From NCBI GenBank assembly GCA_903912925.1, contig CAIWJG010000374.1:1-58661 (forward strand): 58,661 bases of DNA, given 5' to 3'. Each line of letters starts with the position of its first letter. Positions within the stretch are counted from its first letter, which is position 1. Shown here piece by piece: positions 24,587-30,743 of the stretch. The notes beneath the pieces were generated by a model. The model saw nothing but the letters and a program-made list of their open reading frames with translations. It was not told the origin of the DNA and searched no databases. Position numbers and translations under genes: made by a program. This DNA comes from an uncultured Verrucomicrobia subdivision 3 bacterium (lineage in GTDB: Bacteria > Verrucomicrobiota > Verrucomicrobiia > Limisphaerales > UBA8199).

Positions 24587-26563
24587 CTAGCGGTTGGTGG
24601 AGGAGGCGGGCGGCGGTGAAGCAGTGCCTCTGGTGGCCAGCACAATCGCCAGATTCTTGCGGGCCTCGGCATAGTCCGGCCTCAGTCTCAGGGCTTCCTG
24701 GAAGTGGCGGATCGCCTCGTCGGTTTGGCCCGTTAGGCCCAGGGCGGTGCCCAGGTTGTTGTGGGCCTCGGCGTAATCCGCGTTCAGGCGGATGGTTTCC
24801 TGGAATTGACGGATCGCCTCGCCGGTGCGGCCCCGCTGGAAGAAGGCGACCCCAAGGTTGTAGTGGACGCTGGCGTTAGCCGGGCTGAGGCGGAGGGCTT
24901 CCTCCAGTTGGCGAATCGCCTCGTCAATCTGGCCTCTTTCGTCGAGCGCGACGCCGAGGCCATAGTGAGCGAGCGTGTTGTTCTGCGTGACTTCGAGCGC
25001 ATGCCGGAAAAGGGCTTCACTGTCTCTCCAGTAACCAATCTGTTGCCGCGTCAACGCCAGGCACGCGAAGACCGCCACCCCGCCGACCACCGATAGGAGG
25101 ATGGGCGTGGAGCGTGCAAGCGCGTGTCCTACGCTCCCACGCTCCTCACGCTCCTCACGCTCCGCGCCCCCTGCGGCCTTCCCCTGCATCAGTTCATACG
25201 CGCCCCAGACAGTGAGGATCAGCACGCCAAGCGAAGGAAGATAAGTATAGCGATCCGCCATTGCCTGCGCGCCCACTTGCACCAACCCAATCACCGGGAC
25301 CAGCATCCCGACAAACCACAGCCATCCCACTAGCAAATAGGGATGCCTCCGCCGCTGCACCCAAGCCACCACCGAAAGGCCCGCGATCACCCCCCCCGCC
25401 AGGGCCACCTTCCCCAATGGCCAATGCCCCGGGTGCGGATAGTAAACCGCCAGATCCGCGGGCCAGAACAGCTTCCCCAGATAGCGGCCATACGAAATCA
25501 ACGCATTCACAACGCGTGCGCCGACGGACAGGCTTTCAGCCCCCATCACCGCGCTTGCCTGCTTCTGCACCAGGAAGGTCACCACACTCGACAACGCCGC
25601 GAGGAAAAAGAATGGCAGCTTTTCGAGGAGGAGGGAAACGTGAGGCGTGAAACGTGAGGCGTGCTGCGTGTCGGTGGCCGCTTCATTCTGCATTCTGCAT
25701 TCTGCATTCTGCATTCTCCCCAGCGGCCAGTAATCCAGCAGCAACATCACCAACGGCCACGTCACCAGCATCGGCTTGCTCATCAAGCCCAGAGCGAAGA
25801 AGCACAAGGATAGGAGATAGAAGATGCCGGTGTGAATCGTGAAACGTGAAACGTGAAACGTGAAACGTGTTGCGTGTTGCGTGTCGGTGGCCTCTTCATT
25901 CTGCATTCTGCATTCTGCATTCTGCATTCTCCGTTGCCCGTAGCGGGCGTAAGCGATTAAGGAAAGCAGGCCGAAGAACCCGCTGAGCACATCCTTGCGT
26001 TCCGACACCCAGGCCACCGACTCGACGCGCAGCGGGTGAAGGGCGAACAGCGCCGCCACCAACAGACTCCGCCACGCCGCGCCGGTCATAAGTTGCAGCA
26101 AGGCGAAGACCAACCCGGCGTTGAGCGCGTGCAGCAACACGCTGGTCAAATGATGTCCCCACGGCTTCAAACCGAATAGCTGGCAGTCCACCATGTGAGA
26201 CCACACCGTTAGGGGATGCCAATTGCAGTTCACCGGGTTAAACCAGGCCCATTTCAGGCTTTCCCAGGTCAGTCCCTTTTGGACCTGCATATTCGCGGTG
26301 ACGTGGGGACCGTCATCGTAGTTGACGAAGTCACCGCGCGTCGCCGGCCAGAACGTGGCAATCGTCACGAGCACCAGCAATGCGGCCAGCAGCCACACCG
26401 GGGGAGGGGGGATTTGCGATTCGCGATTCGCGACTGCACCCTGGTGCGTGGTGCATGCCGTCTTCTGCATTCTGCATTCTTCATTCTTCATTCTTCTCCC
26501 TAGTGGCAGCGGCATCCTGCCGCTCACAGGAGTCTTCTGCATTCTGCATTCTTCATTCTTCAT
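24587..26563 (-). CDS. P7: TMTC-like GT-C membrane domain + ~4 TPR protein
   Basis: 658 aa with 'FVNYDDGPHV' and 'LHPLRVESVAWVSERKDVLSGFFGLLSLIAY'. It has a duplicated leader 'MKNEECRMQKT...RRMKNEECRMQKT' and ends 'PPASSTNR'. The stop lies 5 nt before the P6 start. Confidence 0.75.
   Translation of the reverse strand: MKNEECRMQKTPVSGRMPLPLGRRMKNEECRMQKTACTTHQGAVANRESQIPPPPVWLLAALLVLVTIATFWPATRGDFVNYDDGPHVTANMQVQKGLTWESLKWAWFNPVNCNWHPLTVWSHMVDCQLFGLKPWGHHLTSVLLHALNAGLVFALLQLMTGAAWRSLLVAALFALHPLRVESVAWVSERKDVLSGFFGLLSLIAYARYGQRRMQNAECRMQNEEATDTQHATRFTFHVSRFTIHTGIFYLLSLCFFALGLMSKPMLVTWPLVMLLLDYWPLGRMQNAECRMQNEAATDTQHASRFTPHVSLLLEKLPFFFLAALSSVVTFLVQKQASAVMGAESLSVGARVVNALISYGRYLGKLFWPADLAVYYPHPGHWPLGKVALAGGVIAGLSVVAWVQRRRHPYLLVGWLWFVGMLVPVIGLVQVGAQAMADRYTYLPSLGVLILTVWGAYELMQGKAAGGAEREEREERGSVGHALARSTPILLSVVGGVAVFACLALTRQQIGYWRDSEALFRHALEVTQNNTLAHYGLGVALDERGQIDEAIRQLEEALRLSPANASVHYNLGVAFFQRGRTGEAIRQFQETIRLNADYAEAHNNLGTALGLTGQTDEAIRHFQEALRLRPDYAEARKNLAIVLATRGTASPPPASSTNR
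25103..25169 (-). repeat. In-frame palindromic insert in P7 (short left arm)
   Basis: GGGCGTGGAGCGTGCAAGCGCGTGTCCTACGCTCCCACGCTCCTCACGCTCCTCACGCTCCGCGCCC. Confidence 0.85.
25633..25718 (-). repeat. Heptamer cassette, P7 second loop site
   Basis: GGGAAAC GTGAGGC GTGAAAC GTGAGGC GTGCTGC GTGTCGG ... then (TTCTGCA)~5. Confidence 0.85.
25832..25931 (-). repeat. Heptamer cassette, P7 first loop site
   Basis: GTGAATC, GTGAAAC x4, GTGTTGC x2, GTGTCGG, spacer, then (TTCTGCA)~5. Confidence 0.9.
26411..26563 (-). repeat. Heptamer-built, internally duplicated 5' end of P7
   Basis: GATTTGC GATTCGC GATTCGC (26411-26431). Two TTCTGCA/TTCTTCA tracts (26462-26496 and 26534-26575) are separated by a short hairpin-capable spacer. 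Confidence 0.9.
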
Positions 26564-26575
26564 TCTTCATTCTGA

Positions 26576-28681
26576 CTAGCGGTTGGTGGTAGTGCCCGGC
26601 GGCGGCGAAGCCCGGGCCTTGGTCGCCAGCACCACGGCCAGGTTCGTGCGGGCCTCGCCATAGTCCGGCTTGAGGCGCAGGGCTTCCTGGAAGTGCCGGA
26701 TCGCCTCGTCCGTTTGCCCGTTCAGACCCACCGCCGTGCCCAGATTGTTGTGGGCCTGGTGGTGATCCGGTTGCAGGCGGATCGTTTCCCGAAATTGGCC
26801 GATTGCCTCGGCGGTGCGGCCTTGCTGGAAAAAGGCGACGCCGAGATTGTAGTGGGCGTCGGCGTAATCCGGTTCCAGGCGGAGGGCTTCCTGCAATTGG
26901 CCGATGGCTTTGTCACCTTGGCCTTGCTTGTCGAAGGCGATGCCGAGGTTGTAGTGGGTGTAGGCGTCATCCGGTTTCAAGCGAACGCCTTCCTCGAATT
27001 GGATGATCGCCTCGTCGGTTTGTCCTTTCTCGTAGAGCGCAACCCCAAGGTTTCTGTGTGCAAGCTCATTGTTCTCAGTCACTTCGATCGCATGCCGAAG
27101 CAGGACCTCGCTGTCCCGCCAATAGCCTAATTGGTAACGCGTCATGGCCAGGCACGCGAAGACCGCCACCCCGCCGACCACCGATAGGAGGATGGGCGTG
27201 GAGCGTGCAAGCGCGTGTCCTACGCTCCCACGCTCCTCACGCTCCTCACGCTCCAAGCCCCCTGCGGCCTTCCCCTGCATCAGTTCATACGCACCCCAGA
27301 TCGCCAGGATCAGTATCCCCAGCGACGGCACGTAGGTCCACCGATCCGCCATTGCGTGGCCGCCCGTTTGGATTACCTGGCTCACCGGCACCAGCGTCCC
27401 GCAATACCACAGCCAGCCCACCAGAAGAAAGGGATGCCGCCGCCGCTGCATCCAAACCAGCACCGAAATGCCCACAATCAAACCGGCTGCGGCCACCACC
27501 TTCCCCAGCGCCCAATGTCCGGGGTGCGGATAGACCACGGCCAGGTCCGAGGGCCAGAACAGCTTCCCCAGATAGCGGCAATAGGAAATCACCGCGTTCC
27601 CCAGGCGCGCGCCCAAGGGCAGGCTCTCGCCGGCCGCCAAAGCGCCGCCACGGTGCTGCACCACAAAGGTCAGGATGCTCATCAACGCCGCGAGGACAAA
27701 GAACGGGATCTTCTCGAAGAGCAAAGCGCGGGGAAGGTGAAACGTGAAACGTGAAACGTGAGGCGTGATGCGTGGCGCTTGTTGCGTGCCGGTGGCCTCT
27801 TCATTCTGCATTCTGCATTCTGCATTCTGCATTCTCCCCAGCGGCCAGTAATCCAGCAGCAACATCACCAAGGGCCACGTCACCAGCATCGGCTTGCTCA
27901 TCAAGCCCAAGGCGAGGAAGCACAAGGAGAGAAGATAGAAGATAGAAGATGGGGCTCGAACATCGAACGCCGAATCTGGCAATGCGGCCCGCGCCGAGCC
28001 TTCCGGCTTCGGATTTCGGGTTTCGGGTTTCGGATTTCCTTCGGGCTTCGGGTTTCGGGTTTCGGATTTCCGCCTCCCCCTGCCTTGCGCGTAGCAGACG
28101 TAAGCAATCAGCGCGAGCAAACCGAAGAAGCCGCTGAGCACATCTTTGCGTTCAGTCACCCAAGCCACCGATTCGACGCGCAACGGGTGAAAGGCGAACA
28201 ACGCCGCCACCAACAGGCTCCGCCACGCCGCGCCGGTCATCCGTTGCAGCAGGGCGAACACCAGCCCCGCGTTAAGCGCATGCAACAACACGTTAGCCAA
28301 ATGATGTCCCCAGGGATTCAAACCGCACATTTGACAGACCGCCATGTGAGACAACGCGGTTAAGGGGTGCCAATTGTTGGCGACCGGATGTAAGAGAACC
28401 CAGCTTATCCCCTCCCAGGTCAGTCCCTTTTGCACCAGAACATTCGAGGTGACGTGGAGACTGTCATCCAGGTTGACGAAGTCACATCGCGTCGCCGGCC
28501 AGTACAGGGCAACCGTCCCCAGCACCAGCAATACGCCCATCAGCCACCAGGGGATTTGCGATTTCCGATTTCCGATTTCCGATTGAGCGGTAAGGGCTGT
28601 GGCCTGCGGCGGGAGCGGCACTTCTACCTTCTGCATTCTGCATTCTGCATTCTGCATTCTCTGGGTCGTTGGTCGGCGCAT
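26576..28681 (-). CDS. P8: TMTC-like GT-C membrane domain + ~4-5 TPR protein
   Basis: 701 aa with 'FVNLDDSLHV' and 'FHPLRVESVAWVTERKDVLSGFFGLLALIAY'. It ends 'PPGTTTNR'. Confidence 0.75.
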   Translation of the reverse strand: MRRPTTQRMQNAECRMQKVEVPLPPQATALTAQSEIGNRKSQIPWWLMGVLLVLGTVALYWPATRCDFVNLDDSLHVTSNVLVQKGLTWEGISWVLLHPVANNWHPLTALSHMAVCQMCGLNPWGHHLANVLLHALNAGLVFALLQRMTGAAWRSLLVAALFAFHPLRVESVAWVTERKDVLSGFFGLLALIAYVCYAQGRGRRKSETRNPKPEGNPKPETRNPKPEGSARAALPDSAFDVRAPSSIFYLLSLCFLALGLMSKPMLVTWPLVMLLLDYWPLGRMQNAECRMQNEEATGTQQAPRITPHVSRFTFHLPRALLFEKIPFFVLAALMSILTFVVQHRGGALAAGESLPLGARLGNAVISYCRYLGKLFWPSDLAVVYPHPGHWALGKVVAAAGLIVGISVLVWMQRRRHPFLLVGWLWYCGTLVPVSQVIQTGGHAMADRWTYVPSLGILILAIWGAYELMQGKAAGGLEREEREERGSVGHALARSTPILLSVVGGVAVFACLAMTRYQLGYWRDSEVLLRHAIEVTENNELAHRNLGVALYEKGQTDEAIIQFEEGVRLKPDDAYTHYNLGIAFDKQGQGDKAIGQLQEALRLEPDYADAHYNLGVAFFQQGRTAEAIGQFRETIRLQPDHHQAHNNLGTAVGLNGQTDEAIRHFQEALRLKPDYGEARTNLAVVLATKARASPPPGTTTNR
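27194..27260 (-). repeat. In-frame palindromic insert in P8
   Basis: GGGCGTGGAGCGTGCAAGCGCGTGTCCTACGCTCCCACGCTCCTCACGCTCCTCACGCTCCAAGCCC. Confidence 0.85.
27737..27835 (-). repeat. Heptamer cassette, P8 second loop site
   Basis: GTGAAAC x3, GTGAGGC GTGATGC GTGGCGC ... then (TTCTGCA)~5. Confidence 0.9.
27958..28071 (-). repeat. Alternative heptamer cassette, P8 first loop site (as in P2)
   Basis: GAACATC GAACGCC GAATCTG, then a (CGG[AG]TTT)n block at 28007-28071. It encodes 'RRKSETRNPKPEGNPKPETRNPKPEG...SAFDV'. Confidence 0.9.
28552..28661 (-). repeat. Heptamer tracts in the 5' end of P8
   Basis: GATTTGC then GATTTCC x3 (28552-28584, 'SEIGNRKSQI') and (TTCTGCA)~5 (28628-28661, 'RMQNAECRMQK'). 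Confidence 0.9.
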
Positions 28682-28702
28682 AGAGCAGCTCGGTAAATGA
28701 AC

Positions 28703-30550
28703 TCAGGGCTTCAGAGCGCCGCCGGGCGGCGGCGAAGCCGCGGCCTTGTTGGCCAGCAGGAGGTTCAGGTTCTTACGGGCCTCGGCATTGTCCGGCTGGA
28801 GTCTCAGGGCTTCCTGGAACTGGCGGATCGCCTCGTCAGTTTGGCCCTGCCGGCCAAGAGCGGCCCCCAGGTTGTTGTGGGCCTGGGGGTGATCCGGCAC
28901 CAGCCGGAGGGCTTCCTGAAATTGGCGGATCGCCTCGTCGATGCGGCCCCGCTGGAAAAAGGCGACCCCGAGGTTGTAGTGGGCGTTAGCATACGCCGGA
29001 TTCAAGCGGACGGCTTCCTGGAATTGGCAAATCGCCTCGTCGATCTGGCCTTGGTTGTTGAGGGCGACACCGAGACCGTCGTGCGCGACGGCATTGTTCT
29101 GCGTGACTGCAAGCGTATGCCGAAACAAGGTCTCTCCGTCCTTCCAATAACCAATTTGTTGCCGCGTCAAGGCCAGGCACAGGAAGATCGCAGCCCCTCC
29201 TGCTACCGACCATGCCACCACCTGATACCGCCAGCCTCGCGTCAGGTCGCACCCGCCCCAGACCACCAGGATCAGCACCCCAAGGGACGGCAGATAAGTC
29301 CACCGATCCGCCATCGCGTGGGTGCCGGTCTGGATCACCTGACTGAGCGGCACCAGCGTCCCACAATACCACAACCACCCCATCAGCAAAAACGGAAAGC
29401 GCCGCCGCTGCGCCCAAACCAGCACCGAGATGCCGAGGATCAACCCGCCCGCCAGCAACACCTCGCCCAGCGGCCAATGCCCGGGATGTGGATAATAGAC
29501 CGCCAGATCCGTTGGCCAGAGCAGCTTCCCCAAATAGCGGCTATAGGAAATCAGCGCGTTCGCGAGGCGCGCGCTCAGGGGCAGGCTTTCGCCGACCGCC
29601 AAACCGCCGCCATGCTTCTGCACCACGATGGTCACGACGCTCTCCAAGGCCGCGAGCACAAAGAACGGGATCTTCTCGAAGAGCAAAGGGCGTGGAACGT
29701 GAAACGTGAAACGTGAGGTGTGAAACGTGAAACGTGAAACGTGAGGCGGGGTGCTGGCGGCTGCATTCGGCATTCGGCATTCGGCATTCGGCATTCTTCG
29801 TAGCGGCCAATAATCCAGCAACAACATCACGAACGGCCACGTCACCAGCGTCGGCTTGCTCATCAAGCCGAGGGCGAGGAAGAACAGGGAGAGGAGGTAG
29901 AAGATAGAAGATGGGATTCGAACATCCAACATCGAACATCCAACATCGAACGCCGAACCCAGACCGGCGGCCTGCACGGAGCCTTCGGGCTTCTGCATTC
30001 TGCATTCTGCATTCTGCATTCTCCGTTGGGCGTAGCCCACGTAGGCCATGAGCGAGAGGAGGCCGAAGAACACGCAGAGCACCTCCCGGCGTTCCGTCAC
30101 CCAGACGACAGCTTCGACGCGCAGCGGGTGAACGGCGAAGCAGGCCGCCACCAACAGGCTCCGCCACCTCGCGCCGGTCATCTGTTGCAGCAGGGAAAAA
30201 ACCAGCGCCACGTTGAGGGCGTGCAGCAGCACGTTGACCAAATGATGTCCCCCGGGGGCTGAACCGCACACCTGATAGACCAGCATGTGGGACCACACCG
30301 TTAGGGGAAGCCACCCCCCGTTCAGCGGGTGGAACAATGCCCATTTTATGCTTTCCCAGGTCAGTCCCTGTTGGACGTGAACATTCGCGGCAACGTTGAC
30401 CCCGTCATCCAGGTTGACGAAGCCGCAGCGCGTGGCGGGCCAGTACACGGCCAAAGTGACCAGCACCAGCATCACCGCCAGCAGCCACGTCGCCAACGGC
30501 GCAGCGGCCTTCATCCGAACAGGCGAGGCTTGGGTCACGGGTCGGCGCAT
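28703..30550 (-). CDS. P9: TMTC-like GT-C membrane domain + ~4 TPR protein (first gene of the array)
   Basis: 615 aa with 'FVNLDDGVNV' and 'VHPLRVEAVVWVTERREVLCVFFGLLSLMAY'. A strong GGAGG Shine-Dalgarno site lies ~8 nt upstream of the ATG (30557-30561). Confidence 0.75.
   Translation of the reverse strand: MRRPVTQASPVRMKAAAPLATWLLAVMLVLVTLAVYWPATRCGFVNLDDGVNVAANVHVQQGLTWESIKWALFHPLNGGWLPLTVWSHMLVYQVCGSAPGGHHLVNVLLHALNVALVFSLLQQMTGARWRSLLVAACFAVHPLRVEAVVWVTERREVLCVFFGLLSLMAYVGYAQRRMQNAECRMQKPEGSVQAAGLGSAFDVGCSMLDVRIPSSIFYLLSLFFLALGLMSKPTLVTWPFVMLLLDYWPLRRMPNAECRMPNAAASTPPHVSRFTFHTSRFTFHVPRPLLFEKIPFFVLAALESVVTIVVQKHGGGLAVGESLPLSARLANALISYSRYLGKLLWPTDLAVYYPHPGHWPLGEVLLAGGLILGISVLVWAQRRRFPFLLMGWLWYCGTLVPLSQVIQTGTHAMADRWTYLPSLGVLILVVWGGCDLTRGWRYQVVAWSVAGGAAIFLCLALTRQQIGYWKDGETLFRHTLAVTQNNAVAHDGLGVALNNQGQIDEAICQFQEAVRLNPAYANAHYNLGVAFFQRGRIDEAIRQFQEALRLVPDHPQAHNNLGAALGRQGQTDEAIRQFQEALRLQPDNAEARKNLNLLLANKAAASPPPGGALKP
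29702..29808 (-). repeat. Heptamer cassette, P9 second loop site, with a (GGCATTC)n variant
   Basis: GTGGAAC, GTGAAAC x2, GTGAGGT, GTGAAAC x3, GTGAGGC ... CTGCATTC then GGCATTC x4. It encodes 'RRMPNAECRMPNAAASTPPHVSRFTFHTSRFTFH'. Confidence 0.9.
29920..30022 (-). repeat. Hybrid heptamer cassette, P9 first loop site
   Basis: GAACATC CAACATC GAACATC CAACATC GAACGCC (29920-29954), then (TTCTGCA)~4 (29990-30022). It encodes 'RRMQNAECRMQKPEGS...SAFDVGCSMLDVRI'. Confidence 0.9.
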
Positions 30551-30612
30551 AGGAGTCCTCCAGCATACTACTGCGGGACCACACCCGGAGGTCGAAACTT
30601 AAGCACAACCAC

Positions 30613-30642
30613 TTTGTAGCGGCAAGGCAGGGGCGTTGACAA
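30613..30642 (-). promoter_or_regulatory. Candidate sigma70-like promoter for the P9-P1 array
   Basis: The minus strand reads AGCTTGTCAACGC-...-TACAAA: -35 TTGTCA (30637-30642), 18-nt spacer, -10 TACAAA (30613-30618). It sits immediately 3' of the giant-gene terminator and shares a 13-mer with the P3-upstream site. Confidence 0.4.
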
Positions 30643-30650
30643 GCTCCAAC

Positions 30651-30678
30651 AAAAAACCGGGCCCCACTGGGGGCCCGG
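30651..30678 (-). terminator. Rho-independent terminator of the giant gene
   Basis: The minus strand reads CCGGGCCCC-CAGT-GGGGCCCGG followed by TTTTTT. This is a perfect 9-bp GC stem and 4-nt loop, starting ~66 nt after the stop codon. Confidence 0.8.
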
Positions 30679-30743
30679 CTGTAATTGCTTTCTATTCTAT
30701 CGCGCCGTTCTTCTCAAAGGTTCGAAGTCCGGGCGCAGTCCGG

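Noticed and set aside
10353-29716. Many plus-strand ORFs of 100-340 aa across the paralog array (e.g. 10353-11141, 12546-13100, 17931-18527, 20102-20860, 28697-29716)
   Set aside because: They mirror the TPR repeats on the opposite strand ('...LELADRLVHLA...' periodicity). Many also begin or end at the heptamer tracts, several terminating at GTGAAAC-derived TGA stops ('...KRET'). The minus-strand ORFs carry the coherent TM plus TPR architecture.
11706-30022. Heptamer and palindromic tracts as a CRISPR array or other spacer-repeat system
   Set aside because: The units are 7-9 nt in direct tandem with no unique spacers of 25-40 nt. They lie inside ORFs and keep the reading frame. No cas genes are in the window.
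17601-30641. Perfect plus-strand TTGACA hexamers at 17601-17606 and 30636-30641 as plus-strand promoters
   Set aside because: There is no plausible -10 at 16-19 nt on the plus strand and no plus-strand gene downstream. The same bases read on the minus strand (TTGTCA) have -10-like partners and sit upstream of real genes.
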